From Candidatus Omnitrophota bacterium (lineage in GTDB: Bacteria; Omnitrophota; Gorgyraeia; Zapsychrales; JANLHA01), in NCBI GenBank assembly GCA_040753435.1, contig JBFMEN010000003.1:10916-74915 (forward strand): a DNA stretch of 64,000 nt, in the 5' to 3' direction. Shown here in pieces: positions 37,028 through 45,734 of the stretch (position 1 is the first letter of the stretch; every line of letters begins with the position of its first letter). The translations under genes were made by a program, and so were the position numbers. The notes beneath the pieces were generated by a model. That model saw only the letters and a program-made list of their open reading frames with translations. It made no database searches and was not told the origin of the DNA.

Positions 37028-37324
37028 ATGTTCGTGATTGCAAATTTTTTGGTGGCCCTGGCTCAAATATTAAGCGCCATATTCACCATCTTCTGGTGGC
37101 TTTTATTGATTCGCGTCCTGATTAGTTGGGTTAATCCTGATCCGTTCAATGTTTTTGTGCAGTTCCTGTATCGGATCACTGAGCCGGTTCTGGTTCCAAT
37201 CCGGCGTTTTCTGCCAATGATGGGGCCAGTCGATCTTTCACCGCTGGTTGCGTTCTTTTTGATCATTTTTTTAAGGACGTTTCTTATCCAGACGATTCTT
37301 GATCTCGCGTACAGTCTCCGGTAG
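37028..37324 (+). CDS. yggT: YggT family membrane protein
   Basis: SWVNPDP, ITEPVL.PIRR, DLSPLVA. Confidence 0.9.
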   Translation: MFVIANFLVALAQILSAIFTIFWWLLLIRVLISWVNPDPFNVFVQFLYRITEPVLVPIRRFLPMMGPVDLSPLVAFFLIIFLRTFLIQTILDLAYSLR

Positions 37325-37404
37325 AAAAATAAATCCCTTGCAAAGTATTTATATTTAGTATATATAGTACTAATATTATTATTTTAATTAGAAAGGAAAG
37401 CGGG

Positions 37405-37701
37405 ATGCTTGACAAGATGAAACAATTGATGGAGATGAAGAAGCAGGCTGACAGGATCAAAAAAGAGCTGGATAATGTTATCGTTGATGTGAAAGAAGTA
37501 GAAGGTATTTCCCTTCAGATTACAGGTTCTCAAACGTTTCGTTCTATCGAAATCAGTCAGGATATGCTCGTTCCTGAGAATAAAGCGCGTTTGGAAAAAG
37601 ATTTACTGCGTAGTCTGAATTCAGCCATAAAGAAATCGCAAAAGACAGCTGCCGAAAAAATGGCGGCATCAATGCCGAAGATTCCAGGGTTTAATTTTTA
37701 A
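37405..37701 (+). CDS. ybaB: YbaB/EbfC nucleoid-associated protein
   Basis: Length and helix-beta-helix pattern (MKKQA..IKKEL...LEKDLL..LN.AI). Confidence 0.75.
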   Translation: MLDKMKQLMEMKKQADRIKKELDNVIVDVKEVEGISLQITGSQTFRSIEISQDMLVPENKARLEKDLLRSLNSAIKKSQKTAAEKMAASMPKIPGFNF

Positions 37702-37703
37702 TC

Positions 37704-37790
37704 CGAAGCTAGGACAGGGGTTTTAGTTTCGTTGGCCGCCGAAGATGTATCGGTGGTTGAGGCTGATAGTGAGATTTAATCATTGTCGGC
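37704..37790 (+). ncRNA. Candidate structured RNA made of three abutting hairpins
   Basis: Stems 37704-15/37720-31, 37732-42/37750-60 and 37762-72/37780-90 are fully paired when G-U is allowed on the + strand. Confidence 0.45.
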
Positions 37791-37820
37791 ATGTAACAGA
37801 AAAACATTAAGGAGGACCAG

Positions 37821-38054
37821 ATGCCTTACGATCAATCGTTAGATAAAGAACTTTTCAAGGAATGCAAAGAATTTGACGGGACACGAATCACTGTTGGAGT
37901 TTTCCAATATAATGAAGGCGAGAAAAAGCTTCAGGTGGTCCGTGAAAATCGCACCCAGACTGATGAATGGCGTTTTGCCAAACTCGGCCGTATGACGAAA
38001 GAGGAAGTGGAAACGATTATTCCGGTCATGACCAAGGCCGTGGGATCCATGTAA
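37821..38054 (+). CDS. Small hypothetical protein
   Basis: Strong SD TAAGGAGGA; beta-rich N-terminus followed by a C-terminal helix. Confidence 0.8.
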   Translation: MPYDQSLDKELFKECKEFDGTRITVGVFQYNEGEKKLQVVRENRTQTDEWRFAKLGRMTKEEVETIIPVMTKAVGSM

Positions 38055-38085
38055 TTTTCTGAAGCGTTGAGAGGGAGGGGATTTT

Positions 38086-38559
38086 ATGCCTGAAGTATAC
38101 CTAAGCAGAGAAGGATATGAAAAGCTGCGGGAAGAGCTGGAATATATGAAGAATACAAAACGGCGTGAAATCGCGAAAGCGATCGCCGAAGCCCGGTCTC
38201 AGGGAGATCTTTCCGAAAATGCAGAATATGATGCGGCCAAAGATGCCCAGGCGCATTGTGAGGCGCGGATTGCTGAACTCGAATCCAGGTTGAGCAATGT
38301 TCGCATTATCGAAGATATGAATATCCCTGCCGATAAAGTTTATATCGGCGCCATCGTGACTCTTCTTGATTTTGAAAATGGGGAGGAGATTAAATATTCG
38401 ATGGTTTCACCTGAGGAGGCCGACTATGACCAAAACAAAATTTCTATTCTTTCTCCAATCGGAAAGGGATTGATGGGGAAGGCGCAGAATGAAGAGGTTG
38501 AGGTCAAAGTACCCGCCGGAATATTAAGATACAAGATTATGAAAATCGAACGACCATAA
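38086..38559 (+). CDS. greA: Transcription elongation factor GreA
   Basis: ARSQGDLSENAEYDAAK, ISILSPIGKGL. Confidence 0.95.
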   Translation: MPEVYLSREGYEKLREELEYMKNTKRREIAKAIAEARSQGDLSENAEYDAAKDAQAHCEARIAELESRLSNVRIIEDMNIPADKVYIGAIVTLLDFENGEEIKYSMVSPEEADYDQNKISILSPIGKGLMGKAQNEEVEVKVPAGILRYKIMKIERP

Positions 38560-38703
38560 ATATAATAAAAAATTCTGAACGCCAAAGACAAAATTTTAAT
38601 AATACGAAATACCGGAAGCTTAATTATGGTATTTGAGTCTTTGGTTCCTGAACTTGTTTAGAACTTTCGATTTCAGGACTTAGAATTTAAGTTCAGCTCC
38701 AGC

Positions 38704-40020
38704 CTAAAGGCTGGAGCTTTTTTTTGGAATGACGGAGAGGGAAATCCAGAGGATGAGAGCTGGGGCAAGGGCCATCAGGATTCTGTTGAGCGAAACAGCC
38801 AGCCACCATTCAATTTCAAAATAAGTGTTGACCCAATAATAAAAGATAACGATAAGCATATAGGCAATAACGGGTAAAACGAAAACATATTCTTTGAATA
38901 CTTTTTTAAAATTCAGCAGGGCTGCGGCTAACAGCAGAAACCACAGGAATCCCCATTTTAACCGGGTTATTTCAATAATAAAAAAACCCAGAATGATTTT
39001 GAGCCTTAACAGCGTTGATGGGTTCGATGATGAGGCCAGTCCGTTTATGAAGGTTTGGTTGCCCGGCGACAAAAATAACTGGAACAAAATGGATGGAAGA
39101 CCGGCGATCAGGGCGGCCGGCAGGAATAAAAATGCTTTTTCCTTCCAATCTTTATTTTTAAAAATAAAAGTCATGGCGACGGTGAAGGTTAGGCCGGCGA
39201 GGATTGTTCCTTCTGGTTTTATGAAGCTTAATATGCCGGTAAAGATGCCGGAAAAAATCAGAAATACATTTAATGATGTAAACGCCAGATAAAGGCTTCC
39301 CAAAGCAGCGAGCAGATACAGCCCAAGGAAAATATCCGCGTACTGACTGACGGCCAGGGTCATGAAGAAAGGAATGGTAAACAAGAACAGCGCTGGTATC
39401 CAGGAGAGTAAAGCCTGCATTCGCTTTCGTTGAAGAAAACCGAAAATAAAAAGCGATGTCAATGAACAGGAAAGAATGCTGTTCCAAAAAGGAATAAACC
39501 AGGGGGTATCCTTTGAAAAGGACCATGTCCAGACGTTCCACAAAGGAATGGCCAGCGGATAATGGGGACTGGAGCGCCACAGTTCCGGAGCGAAGAGTTC
39601 TTTCCATCGAGAACCTGAGAGCAGCAAAAATTTTGCTTTAAAATTCCATACCTGCCAGGCATCCCAGCCTCCGTCAGGATGATTCTTGGCAAAGATGAAT
39701 GATATAGTCCCTGTAATCAAAAGGATGAGCAGCGCGGGCACTAATTCTGAGAGAAAATAAGTTTTTTCGGGAAGCCCGGAGGTTTTGAGCGTTTTTGGGA
39801 CCAGAAGTCCGATGATCAGACCATGGGACATCAGGGTAAATAAAAGATTAAATGTATTGAAGAAGACAAAGCTGAAAAAACAGATAAAAATACTGATGCT
39901 GATTCCTGAAAGCAGAGAGAGCCCCAGAAAAAGTGAAAATGGTAACGCGGTATCCTTTAAAAATTTTTTAACGATTAGCGTTCCGGCGCAGAGAGATAAG
40001 AGATAAGGGATGATTTGCAT
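38704..40020 (-). CDS. GT-C/ArnT-like integral membrane glycosyltransferase
   Basis: GWDAWQVWNFKAK, HYPL, QYADI, KPEG; many TM segments. Confidence 0.7.
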   Translation of the reverse strand: MQIIPYLLSLCAGTLIVKKFLKDTALPFSLFLGLSLLSGISISIFICFFSFVFFNTFNLLFTLMSHGLIIGLLVPKTLKTSGLPEKTYFLSELVPALLILLITGTISFIFAKNHPDGGWDAWQVWNFKAKFLLLSGSRWKELFAPELWRSSPHYPLAIPLWNVWTWSFSKDTPWFIPFWNSILSCSLTSLFIFGFLQRKRMQALLSWIPALFLFTIPFFMTLAVSQYADIFLGLYLLAALGSLYLAFTSLNVFLIFSGIFTGILSFIKPEGTILAGLTFTVAMTFIFKNKDWKEKAFLFLPAALIAGLPSILFQLFLSPGNQTFINGLASSSNPSTLLRLKIILGFFIIEITRLKWGFLWFLLLAAALLNFKKVFKEYVFVLPVIAYMLIVIFYYWVNTYFEIEWWLAVSLNRILMALAPALILWISLSVIPKKSSSL

Positions 40021-40445
40021 TAGAGCCGATCAGGGTTGCTGGCCAGGACGAACCCGTTTTGGGTAGCGCCTATCATGACCATGCCTTCTTGTTTAATTTC
40101 ATTAAGGGCCTTAAGCGGGGATGAATAATTGTAAATGACAAAAGGCAAGTCTGTTTCATTTAACTCAAGTATTACCGGCGCCAAGGTGTACTGGGCAACA
40201 GCGAATTTGGCCGCAACTGATAGATCGTCCATGGAGCCGTCAGTTACATAACCGACTTTAGAAACATTGCCTAAAATATCGCGAAGAACTATAAAAGGTC
40301 TTCCAATAAAAACGTAAGGCTGGGAAGATATCTTTTTTAGACTCGAAGAAATGGCGGGGACTGTCATTGTCAGGTTGAATATTAAAGCGGCCAGAATGGC
40401 CAAAAGAAGAATATACGGATGCTTTCCCCAGATTTTTTTAAACAT
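40020..40445 (-). CDS. Membrane-anchored hypothetical protein
   Basis: N-terminal TM, AQYTLAP motif; translationally coupled to the GT-C gene. Confidence 0.7.
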   Translation of the reverse strand: MFKKIWGKHPYILLLAILAALIFNLTMTVPAISSSLKKISSQPYVFIGRPFIVLRDILGNVSKVGYVTDGSMDDLSVAAKFAVAQYTLAPVILELNETDLPFVIYNYSSPLKALNEIKQEGMVMIGATQNGFVLASNPDRL

Positions 40446-40616
40446 CCCTGATCCTTAATCTAAATAAATGCACGGAAACGTTTCCATTTTACATAGATTT
40501 ACTTATAAATTCAAATAAAGATATTTTTTTATAAAACAAAAATTAATCTTTCGAAAAGATTAGCTAACAAGTATAATAATTTTTATTCTTATTAATATAA
40601 TAAAGAAAGAGACCAC

Positions 40617-41639
40617 GTGATAAAAGTCGGTATCATCGGATGCGGCCATTGGGGACCCAATCACATTCGTGTTTTTGAACAACTCCCTGATTCCCAGGCC
40701 TTTATTTGTGTGGACACAGATGCGTCCCGTTTGGAAGCCATCCGGCGTTCATTCCCTGATATTATTACCAAAACTGATTATCGGGAGGTTCTGAGTTCCA
40801 AAGAAGTCGATGCCGTTTGTGTTGCTTCGCCAACCAATACCCATTATGAAATCACAAAAGAAGCGTTATTGGCCGGCAAGCATGTATTATGTGAAAAACC
40901 GCTTTCGCTCAATGTGTCTCAATGCAGTGAACTGGCGTTGCTGGCGACGAAAGTCAAAAAAGTTTTGATGGTGGGACATGTTTTTGTTTTTAACGCCGGG
41001 ATTATTAAATTAAAAGAACTGATTGATTCCGGGGAGTTGGGCAAGGTTCAATACGCCCATGCCATTCGAACGAATCTGGGGCCGTTTCGTTATGATGTCA
41101 ATGCCTTGTGGGATCTGGCGCCGCATGATCTTTCCATTTTCAATTATCTTTTTGACAGTTGCCCCGTCAATGTGTCGGCGAGAGGACAACGTTATTTGGG
41201 CGACAAGTTGGAGGACGTGGCGTTCACTACGATGGAATATCCCGGCCGTGTTATCGCCAACGTCCATGTCAGCTGGCTTGATCCGAAAAAAGTCAGGCAG
41301 ATCACCATTGTCGGGGATAAAAAAATGGCGGTCTGGGATGATCTCGACAGCCTGGGCCCTGTTAAAATTTATGACAAGCATGTGGAACGGACTTCACGAT
41401 ATTATGAATCTTACGGAGAGTTTCAGCTTCTTTCCAGGGAAGGGAGCATTACGATTCCGAACATCGGTTTCAGCGAGCCCTTGAAAGTCCAGGATCAATA
41501 TTTTATCGAGTGTTTGACCAGTGGCTGTTCTCCGGTTAAGGCCGACGCACTCAAAGGCCTCGATGTCGTCAAGACACTGGTCGCCATTCAGCAGTCTATG
41601 GATCAAAGCGGTGCATCCGTGGAAATCGGAGGAGATTGA
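40617..41639 (+). CDS. Gfo/Idh/MocA-family NAD-dependent sugar oxidoreductase
   Basis: GIIGCGHWG, HVLCEKP, WDLAPHD. Confidence 0.9.
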   Translation: MIKVGIIGCGHWGPNHIRVFEQLPDSQAFICVDTDASRLEAIRRSFPDIITKTDYREVLSSKEVDAVCVASPTNTHYEITKEALLAGKHVLCEKPLSLNVSQCSELALLATKVKKVLMVGHVFVFNAGIIKLKELIDSGELGKVQYAHAIRTNLGPFRYDVNALWDLAPHDLSIFNYLFDSCPVNVSARGQRYLGDKLEDVAFTTMEYPGRVIANVHVSWLDPKKVRQITIVGDKKMAVWDDLDSLGPVKIYDKHVERTSRYYESYGEFQLLSREGSITIPNIGFSEPLKVQDQYFIECLTSGCSPVKADALKGLDVVKTLVAIQQSMDQSGASVEIGGD

Positions 41640-42202
41640 TGGCGGATTATTTTCAGCATGAAAAAGCCCTTGTCAGCCCCGAAGCGAAGATTGGGAAAGG
41701 ATGCCGAATCTGGGCATTCACGAATATTCAGGACGGGGCGGTTGTGGGCGAAGGATGCAATGTCTGCGACGGGTGCTTCATCGAAGGAGGCGCTGTGATC
41801 GGCAATAATGTGACTTTAAAGAATGGCGTTTCGGTCTTTAACGGAATCACCATTGAAGATGACGTTTTTTGCGGCGCAAACGTCGCTTTTATCAATGACC
41901 GGTTTCCCCGAAGTCACAGGTCCATTCCCTGGACTCTCGAAAAGACAGTCGTTAAAAAGGGAGCGACGATAGGCGCGAATGTAACTCTTCTCTGCGGGAT
42001 CATGGTTGGTGAATACGCGTTTATCGGAGCGGGAAGCGTGGTGACAAAAGATGTTGTACCCCATGGTCTTGTTTATGGAAATCCCGCCGCTCTCCACGGC
42101 TATGCCTGTCATTGCGGGAAAAAGCTGGATGATTATTTGACATGTGCTTGCGGAGCTGTTTATGAAAAAGGCCCCGATGGAGTCGTCAGAAAGAAAGGTT
42201 GA
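41639..42202 (+). CDS. Hexapeptide-repeat N-acetyltransferase (WbpD-like)
   Basis: Left-handed beta-helix repeats, FINDRFPRS, GAGSVVTKDV, YGNPA, C-terminal Cys cluster. Confidence 0.9.
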   Translation: MADYFQHEKALVSPEAKIGKGCRIWAFTNIQDGAVVGEGCNVCDGCFIEGGAVIGNNVTLKNGVSVFNGITIEDDVFCGANVAFINDRFPRSHRSIPWTLEKTVVKKGATIGANVTLLCGIMVGEYAFIGAGSVVTKDVVPHGLVYGNPAALHGYACHCGKKLDDYLTCACGAVYEKGPDGVVRKKG

Positions 42203-42936
42203 TATTGGCTAGAGTCCTGGTTTGCCCGATTGCTTATAACGAGAATGTTAAACTTGAAAGTGCCATCAAGCGCTTTTCAACATGTTCATTAAGCCGTTCC
42301 GTCGATTATGTAGTTATGGATGACGGCTCAAATGATGGCACGACTGAGATGATCCGTTCTTTCACAGACAAGGGAGTCCGCACGATCAAACATCCTGAAT
42401 CACGCGGGGTAGGCGCCGCTATTCGTACGGCGATTGGTTATGCCAGGGAAAATGGTTATGAGATCATTGTGATCATGGCCGGCAATGATAAGGATGATCC
42501 AGAACAGATCGACCGGTTACTGCGGCCAATCATTAACGACGGATACGATTTGGTCCAGGGTTCGCGTTATCTTGAAGGAGGAGGCATTGGAGGTGATATG
42601 CCTTTGTATCGGAAGGTGGCGACCAGGATTCATCCGATGCTGATGTCATTCTTTTTAAAAAAGAAAGTGACCGACAGCACCAACGGTTTCAGGGCGATCC
42701 GGCTCGATATATTTAATGACAGCCGGATTAATTTAGACCAGGATTGGCTCAACCGGTATGAGCTTGAACCATACATACTTTTTCAGGCGATTCGCTGCGG
42801 CTATCGTTTTTGTGAGGTCCCTGTCACGAAAATCTATCCTCTAAAAAAACTTGGCTATACAAAAATGAAACCGGTCATCGGATGGTGGAGTATTTTGCGC
42901 CCGGTTTTTTTATTAGGGTTAGGAATGCGAAAATAG
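42199..42936 (+). CDS. GT2 glycosyltransferase (DPM-synthase-like)
   Basis: PIAYNE, DDGSNDGT, GVGAA, QGSRY, DSTNGFRA. Confidence 0.9.
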   Translation: MILARVLVCPIAYNENVKLESAIKRFSTCSLSRSVDYVVMDDGSNDGTTEMIRSFTDKGVRTIKHPESRGVGAAIRTAIGYARENGYEIIVIMAGNDKDDPEQIDRLLRPIINDGYDLVQGSRYLEGGGIGGDMPLYRKVATRIHPMLMSFFLKKKVTDSTNGFRAIRLDIFNDSRINLDQDWLNRYELEPYILFQAIRCGYRFCEVPVTKIYPLKKLGYTKMKPVIGWWSILRPVFLLGLGMRK

Positions 42937-42944
42937 GAGAAGAT

Positions 42945-43682
42945 GTGAAAGAATGCCCCCGCTGTCAAATCACTTTTCACATGGATGATCGCGAACGATG
43001 TCTTTACTGCAACACCATTCTGCAATCGTCCGATGAAGATAAAACTGATTTGACAAAACCCGTGAATTCGGGATTTCTGGGTATAGCCGCGGCTCAATCC
43101 GTTATTCAGAAGGTTGTTGATGATCATGGCATCAAGAATCTTACCCGGCTTCAATTCATCGTTTCCAGTTATTTCAGGACCCGGACCCTTCATTTTACCT
43201 ACGCGTTTTGCAGGAATGATTTTTTGATGGGGCCAGTGTTCAGACGCCGGATGATTCAACCTTTTAATATTACCTCGGCCTTGATGTTGCCATGGGTAGT
43301 ATTTAATCTTTTTGATTCCGTCTTCTGCCGGTTCCTTTATACAAGATATTGTCATAAATGCGGATGGAAATTCTATAAGGTTCAGAATAACAATGAACAT
43401 CATCATGAAGAATGCGAGTATAATCGGGAATACAAGAACTTGATCGAGGCGATCTTGAGGGGCAGTATTATGTGGGAAGAGGCGACATTCAAGCGCCTGG
43501 GTTTGATGAAAAAAAATGCGGGGCGCAGGAGCGCTTATTGGGAGCTTTGTGAAAAAAAAGTTTTTTTCTCGGGAGCTCTGGATATCGCGTGTATCTGGTT
43601 TTCGATTTGCCTCTGGACACTGCTGATTATTGGAATCTCGTTCCCGTATATTATTAAAGCCGTTTATATGCTGGAAGTTTAG
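42945..43682 (+). CDS. Hypothetical membrane protein with Zn-ribbon motifs
   Basis: GTG start after SD AGGAG; CPRC...CLYC, CHKC...HHHEEC; C-terminal TM. Confidence 0.7.
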   Translation: MKECPRCQITFHMDDRERCLYCNTILQSSDEDKTDLTKPVNSGFLGIAAAQSVIQKVVDDHGIKNLTRLQFIVSSYFRTRTLHFTYAFCRNDFLMGPVFRRRMIQPFNITSALMLPWVVFNLFDSVFCRFLYTRYCHKCGWKFYKVQNNNEHHHEECEYNREYKNLIEAILRGSIMWEEATFKRLGLMKKNAGRRSAYWELCEKKVFFSGALDIACIWFSICLWTLLIIGISFPYIIKAVYMLEV

Positions 43683-43702
43683 CATTTATTTAAAAAAGAA
43701 AA

Positions 43703-43990
43703 TTGATGATAAAGGGGAGGGGTATGAAAAAGCTGCTGATTTTGTTAATATTATCAGGACTTTTGGGATGCAGTTATGGCAAAGAGCATGTCGAGCTGAT
43801 ATTTGATAATCCGGGAGTCCTGGAAGATTCCCTCTACGCCGGTTATCAAAAGAAACTTGATGAAATCGAGAGACAATATCTCCGCAAAGAGATTTCCTAC
43901 GCGGACTATATAAGGCTTAAACAGGAGCTGGATGATCAGTATTCGGCTGAACAAGAAAAAAGAACCAGAATTATCGAAGGGAATAATTAA
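43703..43990 (+). CDS. Small lipoprotein
   Basis: Lipobox LLGC; probable start at MKKLL. Confidence 0.7.
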   Translation: MMIKGRGMKKLLILLILSGLLGCSYGKEHVELIFDNPGVLEDSLYAGYQKKLDEIERQYLRKEISYADYIRLKQELDDQYSAEQEKRTRIIEGNN

Positions 43991-43998
43991 CGAATCCT

Positions 43999-44718
43999 AT
44001 GCGTATTTACGGTAAAAATCCGGTCCTGGAACGTCTGAAGAGCGAACCTAAAAGCATTCTGAAACTGTATTTGGAAACAGGACATGCTGAGTCGGGCTAT
44101 ATTAATAAGAAAGCCAGGAAATGGGGTATTCCTGTTCAGACAGTCACCAGGCAAAAGATGGACAAGATTGGACGGAATGTCAATACCCAGGGGATCATGG
44201 CCGAGATCGGGGAATTTGCTTATGTGGAGTTCGACGATTTGCTCACGAAGGCGGCGGAAAAAAAATTATGTTTGGTGTTTCTCGACGGCTTGACAGACCC
44301 GCAGAATCTGGGTGTCATTATCAGGAGCCTGGGGTGTTTGGGCGGGTTTGCGATTATACTTCCTGTCCATGATTCAGTATCGGTGACTGAAACGACATTG
44401 CGTATTTCCTGTGGCGGCGAAAATTATGTGTCGATTTCCCGTGTCGCCAATTTATCCAAAGCTATCCGTGAGGCGAAAGACAGGGATTTCTTGATTATGG
44501 GAGCAGTTGTTGACGAAGGCGAAGATATCAGGAAGGCGGATTTCCAATTTCCCGTCGCACTGGTGATCGGTTCGGAACAGAAAGGGATACGGCCGGTCAT
44601 TAGGAGCCTGCTGGACCGCAAAATTACCTTGCCCATGTCTCAAAACCGTTTGTCCCTGAATGCGGCCCAGGCAACGACTCTTTTTTGCTATGAGATCAGC
44701 CGGCGGCGCATTTCGTAA
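43999..44718 (+). CDS. rlmB: SPOUT/TrmH-family rRNA methyltransferase (RlmB-like)
   Basis: IYGKNPV, DPQNLG.IIRS, GSEQKG, SLNAAQA. Confidence 0.8.
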   Translation: MRIYGKNPVLERLKSEPKSILKLYLETGHAESGYINKKARKWGIPVQTVTRQKMDKIGRNVNTQGIMAEIGEFAYVEFDDLLTKAAEKKLCLVFLDGLTDPQNLGVIIRSLGCLGGFAIILPVHDSVSVTETTLRISCGGENYVSISRVANLSKAIREAKDRDFLIMGAVVDEGEDIRKADFQFPVALVIGSEQKGIRPVIRSLLDRKITLPMSQNRLSLNAAQATTLFCYEISRRRIS

Positions 44719-44734
44719 TGATGAAGGGAAGGGC

Positions 44735-45337
44735 ATGACGAAAAAGAAAAAGAAAACAAATAGTTCATATCAGGTTGCCCTGGATTTTTTTGCTGAAGCG
44801 GGCCTTTTGAAAAGGGTGCGACGAAGCGGATGGTGGGTTGCCGGTATAGACGATCCCGAGACCGTAGCGGATCATTCTTTTCGAACCGCTGTTATCGGTT
44901 TTTACATGGCTCATCTTGAGAAGGCAGATCCGTATAAAGTTGTTTCGATGTGTTTGTTTAATGACATTCATGAAGCCAGGATCAATGATCTCCACAAAAT
45001 GGGCCATTCCTATATTGATTTTAAAGATGCCGAAAAACGGGTGTTTGTTGACCAGGTGAAGAGACTCGACCAGGAGGTGCGTGAGCCGTTGTCCGCGTTA
45101 AGAAATGAATATGATGGGCAGTCGACCAGGGAGAGCCAAATTGCCCGTGATGCGGATATTCTTGAATGCTTGATCCAGGCCAAAGAGTATCTGGACAGCG
45201 GTTACCTGGAGGCGGAACATTTTTTCGGGTGCGCGCCGATGCATCTTAAATGCCAAACAGCCCAAAAAATATGGCTTAAAATTGCGGATTGGGATAGCAG
45301 CGACTGGTGGCAAAATGTGGTAAAATTTGAACGTTAA
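44735..45337 (+). CDS. HD-domain phosphohydrolase (YfbR/HDDC2-like)
   Basis: LKRVRRSGW, ETVADHSFR, DADILEC; the HD dyad appears as ND. Confidence 0.8.
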   Translation: MTKKKKKTNSSYQVALDFFAEAGLLKRVRRSGWWVAGIDDPETVADHSFRTAVIGFYMAHLEKADPYKVVSMCLFNDIHEARINDLHKMGHSYIDFKDAEKRVFVDQVKRLDQEVREPLSALRNEYDGQSTRESQIARDADILECLIQAKEYLDSGYLEAEHFFGCAPMHLKCQTAQKIWLKIADWDSSDWWQNVVKFER

Positions 45338-45427
45338 CTTAATAACAGGTGACGAACAAAGAGTGGTGAGATGTCATGGTTCAGGTTGTTTGTAAACCGT
45401 CGCCTGTTATTTTAAAAAGGAAAAAAG

Positions 45428-45727
45428 ATGAATCGAATCGGGATTGCGGCGAGCAAGATTGCCAAGGGAAATATTTTTGTTTTTAACGTCTGCGTCGTCT
45501 TCTTCGTATTTTTATTGTCATTTCTCGTTTTCATTGTTGCCGGACTCGTCATTATGCTGGCGTTGATCGTTTTAGGGTATGTCGTGAATGGTTTTCTACC
45601 CCAGGATCTTTTGACAGAATGGAAAAGTATTGTTGCCGTATGCATGGCGACCCTGACCGCGGTTGTCTGTTTTTTTGCTATTGTCGCCTTGATTCAAAAC
45701 ATCAAATTCAAATTGCCAGGGGAATAA
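45428..45727 (+). CDS. Small membrane protein
   Basis: Two long hydrophobic stretches; SD AAGGA. Confidence 0.65.
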   Translation: MNRIGIAASKIAKGNIFVFNVCVVFFVFLLSFLVFIVAGLVIMLALIVLGYVVNGFLPQDLLTEWKSIVAVCMATLTAVVCFFAIVALIQNIKFKLPGE

Positions 45728-45734
45728 TCAATAT

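Noticed and set aside
42855-43685. 276-aa minus-strand ORF
   Set aside because: Antisense to a + strand gene with an SD and CxxC motifs in a co-directional operon; it has no motifs of its own.
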